Below, piece by piece: positions 24,666 through 37,470 of a DNA stretch of 64,000 nucleotides. Position numbers and translations under genes: made by a program. Origin of the DNA: Lama guanicoe. Lineage: Eukaryota. The number at the start of each line of letters is the position of its first letter. Within the stretch, counting starts at the first letter, position 1. The stretch spans positions 2,964,927-3,028,926 of the forward strand of contig MU053513.1 of assembly GCA_013239625.1 (NCBI GenBank), written 5' to 3'. Below the pieces are notes generated by a model, which was not told where the DNA came from, searched no databases, and was given only the letters and a program-made list of their open reading frames with translations.

Positions 24666-25764
24666 GCAATGCTTAGTGGGCTCCTGCTCGCTCAACAAGC
24701 CTTTACATAGGAAAGCATTTAAAACTCCACCAGTCAAATAACCTGTATCTCTACCTGTTTCTGAAACTGCATCTATAAAGAGGATCTCTATTCAGTTTTG
24801 GAAACTTTCAATCTAGTTCTTCTTATCTCATTTTTGGATTCTGAGGCAACATAAATGAGGAGGCCCAGGTGTGGCCTCTGAGGTCGGCAGGCATGGTGCA
24901 GGAGTCCCAACTGTGCTCCGGCTCTAAAAATCAGTGAGACCCCCCTGAGGCCATGGGCACCACGCGGACTCCACTTCTGCCTTGGACAGCTGGACAGCTG
25001 CTGGCCGACAGTCCTCTGGGCACCACAGCTGAACCCTGCACTCCCAAGTGCTGTGCTCCTCTGTTGTGCCCACTACCTGCCTCTGACAAGCCATCAAGAA
25101 CATTAGTCATCTCTTCCCTACAAAATGCTCCTTCCTTCCTTCCCGTTTCTTCTGTTACAACCTCCCCCGAAAGCTCCAGAGGCCTGCTGGCTAGTGCAGG
25201 TTGATTGATAATAACTGTATCTTCCAGCAGAAGATTCCACCCATGAGGATCACAGATGGCCAGATAACTTGCGGTAATTTTCCCACCAAAGAACACTGGG
25301 CTCACGCATCTAGACCGTGTTCAGCAGAGAATCCTTCCCAGTCGAATCCACAGAGGAGACTTTTCACAGCCATAAGCTTTTACTTGAGTTGTTATCGAAC
25401 TTTTCCATCACTGACTGTTTAAGAAAATATTAAAAGGCTCCACACAGACTTCTGCTTTACATTTCAGTTCCCCAGCCTGGCTGTGTGCGTCGACGTGCAG
25501 TCTGAGGGAAGCATGCTGGTGATGTCTGCTATCTGCTTCCCCAGGTGTACAAAAACTTCCCTGGGGGCCAGTTGGCCTCCTCCACCAGCAATAGTGACAA
25601 GAGGAGTGGGACAGAGCGTAATCACACCTCTGCTGACTTTAGGGGTGTAGGGGTGGAATGTCACGTAATTGGGCTGTAGAATGAATTATTCATTCTGGTC
25701 ATTGTACTCTGTGCTTGAAAAATTCCGAACATTCTTTTTGCCTGAGGGAAAGCACATTTGATGA

Positions 25765-25990
25765 ATAAAACCAGTTTGGAGTGAAACTCACCTATTTTAA
25801 ATCCTAGCTTTGCCAGAAACACATTAGCTGTGTGACTTCGAGCAAGTTACTTGGCTTCTCTAAACCTTGGTTTCCTCATTTTTGAAATAGGAGAAATAAA
25901 ACCTACCCTGAAAAGTGAGGTTTAGTAAGATCATGTAAGTGTGGCATGCAAATTTACTAAAATTACTCTTAAATTGTATTGTTATCCCTT
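25765..25990 (+). mobile_element. MIR SINE
   Basis: 'tagctgtgtgacttcgagcaagttacttggcttctctaaaccttggtttcctcatttttgaaatagg'. Confidence 0.9.
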
Positions 25991-26149
25991 TATTTTTTAT
26001 TCTTTGTTTCTTCTTTCAGACAAGGTCAGCTCTATCATACTGTGCCTCAGGGATTTGGGTTCATCAAAAAGTAGAGGTGAGTAGATATCAAAGGCCCTTC
26101 TTGTCTTATGTAAACATTAAACTCCATTGAAAAAAAAAGTCCAGCAATA

Positions 26150-27770
26150 GTTAGAAAATGTTATGTTGAAAGATAAACAACTAAAGACACAAAGACCTAA
26201 ATTGGTAAGGATACGGATAGATAGAGCCATAGATAAAAACACCCAATGCTATGAAATTATAACTCCCTGAAATCTATAACTTTAACATAATTCAATTAAA
26301 ATATTAGAAATGTCCGAGCCAATTATAAAATATATGCAGAAGAGCAAAAGGCCAAGAATAGCCTAGATATTCCTAAAGAACAAGGTCCAGAGGGTGGGGA
26401 GGTAGGAAAAGACTTGCCTAATCAGACTTAAAGCTTATTATAAAGGTATAAAAGCCCATGACATTATGGTACTGACACAAATAGAGACACAGACGATGGC
26501 ACACAACAGCCCAGAAATGAATCCACACATACATGGAAATTTGGTAGCTAACAGAGATGTCATTGCAGATCACTAGGTAAAGATAAACGATGCAAGATAA
26601 TTAATGTAATACTCATATTCAAAAAAGAAATGGAAAAATGTCCTTTTCTCATGCCAAGTCAATTAAAGACATGTGTGTGTAATGAAGCTGAATTAAGAAC
26701 CAGTTTTTATAAGACACCGAAGTATAAACCATAAGGAACAGTTTGACATATTTAACTATCAAATTTTGTAATTTATTAAAAGACATTATTTAAAAAAATA
26801 AAAAAGTGAGACTATAAACCACATATTGGGAGAAGATACTGCAATGTAAATAACTGACACGATTTATAGGCAGAATATGTAAGAACTTCTACAAATCAAT
26901 TTAGAAGAGAAAAACAACCCAACAGCAAAATGGGTAAGGCATGAACAGATATCACACAAAAATGGAAATAAAAATACAAACGACCAAATGAAAATCTTCT
27001 CAACATAATTAATTTGTCAAAAAAGCAAATTGAGCTACAAAATACAATTTTCACAGGCCAATCTGGCAACTATTTAAAATTCTGACAAAACCAAGTGTTG
27101 GAAGAATATGTGAAACAACAGGATTTCTAATATTCTATGCGTATTGAAAATAGTTTTATTCCATTTTGGAAAATAATTTTGCATTATCTAGTAACATTAA
27201 AAATTGTGCCTGATTTCACTCAGCAATGTCATTCTTAACTATATATGTACATTTTGGGAATGCCTTCCATGCAGGGACCAGAATGCACAAGAGAGATGCT
27301 TGGCACCATTATTCATGATAATCTCAAACTGAAACCAAAAAAGATCTATCAACTGTAGACAGATGAATGAACTGTGGTTTAATTACACAATGGAATGCTG
27401 TATCACAGTGAAAATGACCATCAACATAAACGAACCTCATAAATCATGTGGAATGAAAAAAGCAAGTCGCCAAAGAATATACACAGGGGATAGCATCAAT
27501 ATAAAATTCAAAGTCACACAACACTAAACAATATATTGTTTAGAAATATATACTTATGGAATAGAATTATATAGGAAAGCAAGCTATTAGCCATTACCAA
27601 GAAACCTTACCTCTGGAATGTAGGAGGCACCGCTAGAGAGGACTAGAAGGGACCTCCAACAGAACTGGTCATACTGTATTTCTTAAGCTAAGCGAGAGCT
27701 CCATGGGTTTGCATGATATTTTTCTTCATGTATCTTTTGTGATATATATAAAGTATTTTAAGATAATTTT
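26150..27770 (+). mobile_element. Old L1 (L1ME-type): decayed ORF2 3' part and 3'UTR
   Basis: 'gcaaaaggccaagaatagcc', 'agcccagaaatgaatccacacatacatggaaatttg', 'aagaacttctacaaatcaat', 'ctgacaaaaccaagtgttgg', 'acaatggaatgct' in L1 order. Confidence 0.9.
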
Positions 27771-27789
27771 AATGGATTTGTGGGATCCA

Positions 27790-28135
27790 ATGAAGACCAA
27801 TTAAGATGTTAGGAGAGGGTTGATAGGAGTTACTATGAGAGAAGGATTCCTCATATACTGAAAAGCTACCCAAAGCCAACTGTCTCTCCTTCTGGAAGAT
27901 GTGGTATGCAAATATGAAGCCTGGAATCACTTTAGCCATTCCGCCACCGCCCCTAGGCCTCACAACAAAGGAATAGATCTTAGTCTCAACCGCATATCAC
28001 AGTCAACACAATATAGAAGAATGAAACTGCTACCATGATGATACTCTTAAACTGCTGAATCAAACCAGTCCTGAAGCTAGCACTACCAGTGGACTATCCA
28101 GATATATGTCAGTAAATCCCCTTGTTGTTTAAAAT
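27790..28135 (+). mobile_element. MaLR LTR fragment (MLT1J/K-like)
   Basis: 'atgaagcctggaatc...agccatt', 'ctgctgaatcaaaccagtcctgaagc...ggactatccag...taaatccccttgttgtttaa'. Confidence 0.7.
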
Positions 28136-28609
28136 ATATAAATACTGGAGGGGATAATTTTATTAAATACTAAGAAACCATCAATTAAGGGGAAAAAAAA
28201 CAGGAGAAACTAATGATGGGTTAAGAATATCTACTTACTCAAGAAAAGGGAGGAAAAATATTTGAGGGTAGAGGGAGTTTGGAGGGGAAAAATAGATCTC
28301 TGCCTTCATCTCTAGCAGTGAAGACTCACTCAAGTATTATCCAGGAAAGACCTCAAGATGGTTATTAGGCACTGTCTGGGACAAGAGACAACTGGTCAAG
28401 TGTAGACAAATGAGCAACAATCAGAACTTTGGCACAGCACGAACAGGTAAGGAGAGAGCACCAAGAAAGGCTGAGATGACGCTTCCTGCCACCTGGAGAG
28501 ATGGGGCTTTAAAATCAGAATTCAATACTTCAAAAAGTAAAAGTGCTATTTCTTGCATATCTGAGTTTGTAGACCAATACTCAAATATGCTGCACTAGCA
28601 AAGCCCCAA

Positions 28610-28860
28610 CATAAAGTTTTCCAAAGTCAGCTTTAGAAAACACTACCCTGCCCTGAAGAAAGATTTCATATTCTTTCAGGTTTAGGAAATGTTGTATGCT
28701 AAACCTGTTCATATTGATTCAATGCAATATGCACCTCAGAATATTAAAGCCCTGCAATGAATCTTTCTCTAAATGCATTTGAGCAATGAACTTTCCTAGA
28801 GGGGCATCTATCACAAGACGAGACACTGTAAGTGCACTAAACGCATTTTGGAAAACACTG
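28610..28860. mobile_element. hAT-Charlie MITE (Charlie4-like)
   Basis: Inverted ends 'gttttccaaagt' / 'cattttggaaaacactg' and internal 'atattaaagccctgca'. Confidence 0.45.
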
Positions 28861-30109
28861 TCTCCATATGGCACAGGAGGTCAGCCTCTCTGTCTGCAAG
28901 GATGCAATACCATTATCCTCTTGCTCAGTAGACAAAGCAGAACTCTGGACTCCACTTACTGCAGTCTCAGAGAGTGACATTCTTACATCTCCTGTGAAGC
29001 AGTGGCCTTCCACAGGTCTGAACTCACCACAAGATGAAGTTCAACACTCCCCAAATTTGAGTGCTTCTGTTGGTGAATGTCTCTACCAGTAATTGTTGAA
29101 TCACACAAATTTGTCATGAAAAACAGTAAGAGAGCATCTTGGAAAAGCATCCCCTTTCCATGTCCCTCTCCTTAAAATGCTTATGTTTGCATTTAGTGTT
29201 CCTTCAGAGACTAGAAATCAGACAAAGAGGGCTGGGGCTAGCATTTTTAAAATGTCAGAGTAATATTCAAACTTATGAAGTTCTGACTATAGGACTGCTG
29301 ACAACCGTTTACTGACTAAAGACGTGTGGGTCGCAGAAACAGCTTTAACTCATATTCCACTGGAGGTTCCTGAATTGCTTGCTTGTGGATTCCCGATGTG
29401 GAATGACAAATAATGGGAGAAGAGGACGATCAGAGGCAGGGCTGAGCAAAGCGGCATGCCTGAGCTCCTGGTGGTTGGGAGAGCTGGAGGAAAACTCCTG
29501 AAAGACTGCCCCATGCTTGCTCCAGGATGCTGAGTGGTTAACAGACTCACAGAGGCAAGTTCACAGCTGGGTCCCCCAGCTTCACTTTGCACAGCAGGTA
29601 TGTTTTTAAAAGGTTGTGGATAAATTAGAATCTTCACAAAAACTTAAAAAAATTAATATGCGTTTGAATAGGTTCAAAGTCTAGTATTACGTTGAAAAAT
29701 TAGGATCAAACTTGCTTATACATAAAATGTTTATGTACCCACAAGTATACACACATATAATCTATACATAGTCTGAAGGAGTTTTTCATTATTGGTGGAT
29801 GACAGCTAAGTAAAATTCCCTCTAACTATGAATACATTTTACAAAGATTAAAAAGGAATATACTAAAATATTAACTGTGTCTGACTTTGGATGTCATGAT
29901 TATGGCTGGTCTTTTTCTTCCTTTTAGTTTTATGGTCCAAAGTTTCTGTGATAAATGAGACTCCCACCTCTGAGTCACAGAACATGTTCCCACTGAATGA
30001 AGCAGTGAGGTGCCACTGGCTTTGGAAACGGCCAGAGATATTGAACAGCAGGCCTCTGCAGTACACAAAGCACAGGAGAAGCATGGGGGCTATGTGTGTG
30101 GAGAGTTAA

Positions 30110-30960
30110 AACTTCCAAGAATATCATCCCACCATGGTATAGCAAACTTTACACATCCTGCATGGATATTTAGATTGTCTTCAGTCGTTTCCTATTATAA
30201 ATAAGGCTGTGATACAAAACTTCTCTCAAATTTTAACTCTTTTTTTTAAGGATAAACTTCCAAAAGTAAGATTAATGGATCAATGAATATTAACATCTTA
30301 AGGCTCTCATGCATGTTGCCTATTGCTTTCCAGATTGATAAACCAGGAAATACTTATACCAGGAATCTACAAACAGGTCTAGCTTAATTTCCTAGTTTTA
30401 AGTATTAAAATTTGTATTTAACCTTTACCAACTTGACAAATAGAAAATGGTATCAAAGAAGTTTTCATCTTCTTTGAGTACTAGGAAAGTTATCCCTTTT
30501 CCTGTAAATTTATTTGCCATTTATGTTTCCTCTTCAGTGAATTGTGAGTTCTTCCTCTCAACTCAATTATCTATTGATGTTTGGGGTTTTTTTCCCTTCA
30601 AGATATATATATAAATTTTTTACATTAAGGTTATTAATCTTTTGTCAAATACGTATTATGAATATTTTTCTGGTTGGGTTTTAACTTTTATATAATAAAT
30701 GCTGTTTTTCCTATTTTTCTTTGCTTTTAAACATTCAAAATCCTTCTTTATTCAGAGAGCAAATCAATATTCACTAAATTTCCATAGAGTATTTTATGAT
30801 TTTTTTCATTTATATTCTAATCCATGGAGATTTTTGTTTCTGTCAGTGATGTGAGATGAAAATACAACTTGATGTTTCCCCAGGTATCTAATTTTCTTGA
30901 CATTCTTTTCCTGACAATAACTTCTTTATGAAGTATATTAAATTATTCCATATACCAGAA
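30110..30960 (-). mobile_element. Old L1 (L1ME-type) fragment
   Basis: 'atggatatttagattgtc...ctattataaataaggctgtgat', 'gaaaatggtatc', 'tatttgccatttatgtttcctcttcagtgaattg' are reverse-complement L1. Confidence 0.8.
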
Positions 30961-31484
30961 TGTATTTCTTTTATAATAGAAAAAAAGGCTATAATTTTTT
31001 AAGGTTGTAAATGCAGTAGACATCTCATCATGGAAAGGACTACAAGTGAACCTTTGAACATTTTTTTAAATGGCCTTTCCTCTCCCCGCACCTACCTCTT
31101 TTATCTGCTAGGTCAATACCGATCCATCCACCAACCTGCCCAAAGCAAAGTATAGCCTCTGTTCTCTTTCTATATAGGCTCTCTCTGTTATTCTGTACCT
31201 CACTGCAGTGTCCACCAAACTAGTGAGGACGCTGGGTTACCGCTATCCTCCCAACACTCACAATCCCTAGGGCTCACGCATCGGTCAGTCAGTCCCCAGG
31301 GAGTTCTGTGGGGAGGCTGGGACAGGGAAGGGCTTGCAAGTTTCAGAAGATGACACTTGATGAGAGAGATGAAGGGGATAGTTAAATGAGAGCATCATGC
31401 TGCCTTAGTGAAAAACAAAAGAGAGCATTCTACTCCACTGGTGCTCACTCAGAGACATTAAGGTGGAAGAGCCATTCATGGTTC

Positions 31485-31640
31485 AAGTACAGATGCAGTG
31501 AAAGGACACTGGACTCGAAATAAAGAAGCCCGAGGCTCCAATGCCGATTCTGCCTCTAATGACGTTGAACAAGTCAATGAACTTTCTGGGACCTTGGATT
31601 GCTTATCTGTAAAATGAAAAGATATAGTTTAGAAGTTCAC
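31485..31640 (+). mobile_element. MIR SINE
   Basis: 'cagtgaaaggacactggact...ttgaacaagtcaatgaactttctgggaccttgg...atctgtaaaatg'. Confidence 0.85.
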
Positions 31641-31949
31641 AGGCCAACTGTGCAAATACCTTTAGTTTGGTTCACATGGTGTTCTAACTTCTTGTAATGT
31701 AACAGGGCGTAGCATTCTGTTTCTAAAAGCCCCTACTGTCATGCAGCTAGCTTCAATCACTTTGGTTCCCTACCTGCCCTCACAAGAGGTCTAAATAATC
31801 CCTAAGTCCCTCCCAACTTTATAAAGCCATTGGATATCCATGTTAACTGCACTTCCAAATAGCCTGGACTCTGACCACTCCTCACTCCTCCAGGCTTTGT
31901 TTTCCACATAGAATTGTCCCCTCCTCACATATATATTGTGTTGTAGATT

Positions 31950-32115
31950 TTGTTTTGTTTTTTCCTGTTTGGTCCCACCAGAGCATAAGATCACTGCAGA
32001 CAGGCCTTGGGATCTGCTTTGTTTAGTGGTTGCTTACAGCTCCAGCTCCTGGAACAGAGCCTGGCACAGAGGCGGTCCTCAATAAATTAGTATGAATAAT
32101 TATAAATTTATGAAT
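31950..32115 (+). mobile_element. L2 3' end
   Basis: 'ccagctcctggaacagagcctggcacagaggcggtcctcaataaattagtatgaat'. Confidence 0.85.
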
Positions 32116-35100
32116 AATTTCTCTCTCCTAGAATAAGTTCTTCTGGTTCCAAGAAGTAACACCAGTTAAGTGTCATTTCAGAATGGGGCTAGAATCCTCT
32201 CTCCTAACCTCTCTTATTACAGCAAACCACTTCCCACCCACTCCATAGCTTGCAAAGTTCTCAGCGAGTAAGTCGTGCGCCAAATCGACAAGAGCTGGGG
32301 AAACTCTTCTGTAATAAGCAGGCCGGTCCTTTACGTACCATGTCCCCGCAGACACATGAGTTCAAACAGGAGAGAGACTTCTTTTCTACAGCCATCAAGT
32401 AAAGAATCAACATGGGGATCAATTCATAAAACAAACAAGGTAGCCAGTCCCCCAAAGCAGGCTGGGCAATGCTCATAGGAAACAGGTCAAAGTTAACATG
32501 GTATCATCCATGTTCTTTGAGCCCATCATCCCTCGGGGCCACCTCCAGGTCTATTGGCTGAATTCAAACGTGCTGACAAGAAGATCTTTTGTTTCTCAAG
32601 AATAATACATTCTCTTTCCAAAATTAGGAAAGGTCAAACCCCCCCCCAATCCCCGCAACCAAAACCTGAACTGCTTGCCACAGCTTTTGGATAAATCTCT
32701 TCCGCGCATGAAGACGTGCTCCCCTCGTAGAGGTGACCCCTCTCACTAAGAACGGGTCCTGGAACTCCTGGCTGCTCCCCTCCTCCCCTCCCTCCCTGCA
32801 CCTGCCATCAGCTGAGGGCGCAGTTTAAGTCCGGTCACAGACTTCTCAATTTCACAGACTAACACAACTTAGAAATAGAGATGGGAGGGACCATCCTAAG
32901 GTTGCCATCTTTTCATTGTGTCCAGCAAAAGGCATTCTTTCCAAAAAGACCTTCTCAGCAGGGTATTCTGACACACTCATGGGAAATCATAGGTAGATAA
33001 TCTCAAAATAAGTTTAACAACTTCAACTTTATGAAATATTGGTCTTTTCTCACAGGATGAGCTATAAGTCAGAGAAATTTTCTCAGGAGCCAGCATGTGG
33101 GGAGCATTGCTGTAAATGCCCCTGAATCCCTCATCAAGAATGATAAGACCTCAGCGTGATTCTGACACTGGGGAACATGGCTATGGCTAACCTAATGCCT
33201 CACTGGGTTTCAGGCACACACACGTTTGGGGTCCCCTCTAAGTCACAGTGCTCTAGGGCAGTTAGAGTCTGGGAGAGAAGACAGGCTTCATTAGCAAGGG
33301 CCAGGATTTTGTAGGGTATATTCATAGGATGTGACGGTCCATGGTCTTTACAGAACTAAGCAATTAGCTTTCCTTTTTCTGTTCCTTTCAGAATCCTTCA
33401 ACAGCTTTTGCTGATCAGCAAACAGCACTTGGCAAGTGACCAAATATGCATGGCCTTATACTAAGGAAGCCACGGTAGGATAGGCAATCCCATTATAACT
33501 GGGTAGCTACCAAATAAAACTTTAAAGCAGACAGGGCAAACCAGTGGTGCACTATGGCAGCCAAGTATTGGGGTGGCAGTTGGGAAGCTCCTAGGACACA
33601 TATTGATTGTTTAAAAATTGTGGAAAATCGTGGAGTTTACCTAAGACTTGGGGTTTCTGACTCCTCTTTAAAAAGCTAAAAATTTGGCAAGAATGAGTCC
33701 TCCTTCCAGTGTGGCCATCAGTGCCCGATGCTGTGCAGAGACAGGCCATGGCCTCTTCCCTGGGCTGAGTCATCTCACTGCCGGCGTGGAGGCTGCAAGC
33801 ATCTGTGTTGACCTCTAGCTTAGCGTATGGGAGGTTATTTATACTCTTCCTAATCCCTGAAAGGATTGAAATAGGCTTGGAAGAGACAGACAACAAGGAG
33901 AGAGGGGAGGGAGGAGAAGAAAGCACATGATGAAGCCTGGAATAGGGCCATGACCCAGTGTCCACCGCACAATTCTATCCACTTAGCTGGAGATGGGCTG
34001 CAAATCTGGCTCCTGGCTTCTTCATAGCTGACCATAGCTTAGAGTCTGAGGCCAAAACAAAGTCAAAACTTCTCCCTTTAGTGAAATACAGTCTTTCTAT
34101 ACTAGTGATAGTAAGTCCCATGAAACTCTTAAATATAAAACAGTAATACAAGGCCACACAAAGTGCCAAAATGTGTGGTATTGGTGACAGAGTGACCTGA
34201 CAAAGGAGCCCTGGGTGAGGCCTGGGGAGACGGGTACATCGCGATTAGGCAGAGCGCACTGCATCACGGGCTGTGCAAAGGAAAACACAATTGCGTCAAG
34301 ATGACAGGGACAAGGCAATGTCAGTTTCATTCAGCCGACAGGTACTGCCTGTCATTTCCAGCATTTCTGCTTTCTTCCTGAAGTATTTTATTTGAGTTGT
34401 TGTGAAACTACAGGAGACACGAAGCTAGGTAAAAATGCAATGCCTCTTGGAGATCAGTGCAGAAATACCTCAGCGCTGAGACCTGGAGACCCAGTTTCTC
34501 TCTCTCTTCAAATCAAGATTCCCCCATGGGTGGCTTTGCTGACTAATTGGGTGTGGGATCTGAAGGAAAGGCTGAGGGCTACCAGGTGGAGCTCAGGAAG
34601 GAAAAGGCCCACACACAGCACTAGCCCCCGACCGGTGTCTCTGGCAAGTATTCCTTTTGCTTTCTCTTGCTCTTAAATCTGCATCTAGCATCATCAAGAT
34701 AAATTCTGGCAACTCCTCGACAATCTCACCTCTATTTCTGCATGTTGCTGATGCAGAGTTTTGTGTGGCCTGAGTGAAATTAATGGCAAACCCATTTGGC
34801 AAAGCAAAACAAATCTTGAATTAACAAACAGCACCACTACCACTTCTCGGTTTATTAGTGGAGAAAGATATATTTCACGCATTTTCTTCAGTTCAATATC
34901 TTATCTGTATCAAAATGGGGAACAAAGAGCTCATCACATCAATAATGGGATTTCAAGCAGCTGTGGGGACTGGACTACAATTTTCTTTTCTATATAAATG
35001 GAGATCTGTGAGTTCTACAGGGAATGGACTCTATCCAGATGAATCAATTAAAAAATTATACAGCATTTTGGTCGCTGAGTCAGATGGACATAAGAACATT

Positions 35101-36957
35101 GCGTACTTCCTCCCCTCCTCTCTATCCTGCAGAAGGTAGAAAGTTGAAATCTTTTTTCATGAGATATTGACTACATCCTCATATCAAAGCAGCCACAGTC
35201 ATCACAGAGTCTGCCAGTAATTCTGTAAGAAACCCTATCTGGGGAGGATTTACAGAATATTGGCTGCTTTCAATTCACAAAGAGCTGATTTTAAAGCCAG
35301 GGTCTCAGTTGCCATGAATTCGTTTCATTTGCATGTCACATACAGTCAGAGCAAAGTCATTTCTTGGGCCTCTGACCGCTAGCAATTTTACAGGGGTGAT
35401 AATTAAGATAATAGTCTACTTTCTTCAGAAAGTATGTACTTTTTTCAAATCTGAGAATTTGGAAGATAAGATTCATATTCAGCCTCAGGACTGACATATT
35501 TTTCCTTCAGAATCTTTACCTCGTTTTCAGCAGGGCCCTGAAGTGGTAAAAGCTCAGAGAGGGCACTGCAGGTGCTCTTCTCCGGCACAGAGAAGGAAAG
35601 AGGGAAACAGTTCTGCCTCGTCTGCCTTTGGACTGCAGCGGGACGGAGCTTGGGCAGGGTGGGGAGGGAGGCGACAGAGCAGGCAACCTAGCAAGACCGC
35701 AAGTGAAACAAACGAGTGACCAAGTCCAAGAGAGGTCAGCTCAAGCTGGAAGGAGGAGGCGGGGGATTGTTCCATGGGTCCATCAAGCAAAAGGTCATGA
35801 CCAAGAGGTCAGGTCTTGAGGATTCATACTGGGAAAGGTGACTGGGGACAAGGGCTCACAGTGTAGGAAAAAGATCTCAGTACAGGCACTGTCTACTGCT
35901 GCCCCACAGCAGTCCTGCGCTGGAAGGAGAGTTGGAATTCTCGAGAAAGACATAGGACTTGGCCAAGGTTGGGAAGCTGGCTGGAGCAGAGGCAGTTTAG
36001 CTGGTGGTGCTGGCTCCCAGCCCAGCTCTCTGACCATTCACCATGCTGGCTCTCAAGGAGAACTGAGCATGACACAGGTCTCCGTGGGACACAACTCAAA
36101 AAAAATGCTTCCCTGGACCACTTGTGACTGGTCCCACAGAGCAGCCGAGCCTGAGAGTGAAGGTGGCCACAGAGCTAGCATGTGGCCAAAGAGGCAAATG
36201 AGATGAGAGGACAGATGGTTTCCAACACGCCGACACGCCGGACTGTTTCTGCCCCAAGTGGAAGAAAAGGGAGTGCAGTTAGTGGCCAGTATACGCGCCA
36301 CGGGGGGGTGGCAGCAGGAAGCTCAGATGGATGGCTGAAATCATGACTGAGCAGGGAGATGAGAACGAGAGTTGGCTCCCACTGAGCCAGTTGTTACACA
36401 GGACATCAAAGCAACCGCTGCTCTTTCATTCCTGGAGAGCAAGTCTTGTCCTCCAGGCTTTAGGGGACCTTGCGTTCATAGGCTGGAGGTCACATCTGCT
36501 GCCCCTGGAGCTTGGCTCCACTGCTGATGGAGAACAAGTAAATCTGATCTTAGCCAGGAAAGCAGGGCCTGGTCCCAACAAAGTAGAGGTTCACAGTTCT
36601 ACTTCCCCTGAAACAACTTCCTTCGAGATCCAGCATCTTTCTGGAGTGAGAACAGGAGTCCTGGCAAGTGGGGAATTGAATCTACAGACCTACTTGAGGG
36701 AGTCATTGCAATGCTGAGGAAGAGGTGTCCTGGGAAGTGGAGCCCTGGGCACCCAGGGCTCCACTTAGTTCTCTAAGTGGAGGCCATTTAGTTCTCTGCC
36801 TCCATGCCTGCCTTGTCTCTCACTGGGTTCCCTGCAGCTGGGACAGGGTTTGCCCAATAGCATATGGTGAACGAATAAATAAATCCCACAACATCCAATT
36901 TTCTGCTGCTAGCTATTTGAAGTTGGTGAAGTGAGCCCTGAAAGTTACAATTTCTTT

Positions 36958-37020
36958 CCCTGAAAAGTTGAGGGAACGTGATCATAACCCTGAAAAGTTG
37001 AGGGAACGTGATCATAACCC
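36958..37020. repeat. Perfect 30-bp tandem duplication
   Basis: tgaaaagttgagggaacgtgatcataaccc at 36961-36990 and 36991-37020. Confidence 0.98.
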
Positions 37021-37289
37021 AGAAAGGTTTGAAGAGCTCGTTATACAGCCCATTTGCTTAGAACCTCAAGCACAGTTTTCCTAACTATGGTTCTCAGACC
37101 ATCTACCTGTGAAACTGCAGGCTCCTGGGCCCTAACTAGACCTACTGCCCTCAAATCCTTGGAGGAGGATGGCTGTGAGCACAAGAGAAAGGAAACGCTT
37201 TCATAAACACTGCAGGTGATACTCAGGCATTCAATGATTTGAGAAACACTGAAACTTGCACTTATTGAGAAATATTCTATTCTAAGTCC

Positions 37290-37470
37290 CAACCTTGAGA
37301 CTTCATATACACTTTCATCTAACCCTTATAATTACGCTATAAGGCAAGCATTATCCTCCTCATTTTATACAGACAAGGAAACTGACTTGAGCAAGGCCAT
37401 GCAGGAAGTAAATCTCTGAGCCAGGATCTGTCCCAGGTATGCCTAAATCCAAAATCCCCATGCTTATACC
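37290..37470 (-). mobile_element. MIR SINE
   Basis: 'attatcctcctcattttatacagacaaggaaactgacttgagcaaggccatgcag...gagccaggatctg'. Confidence 0.8.

Noticed and set aside
24495..24741. K/R/E-rich ORF resembling a nuclear protein
   Set aside because: Translation of a polypurine tract
36958..37020. 30-bp repeat as a CRISPR-like repeat
   Set aside because: Only two adjacent copies with no spacer
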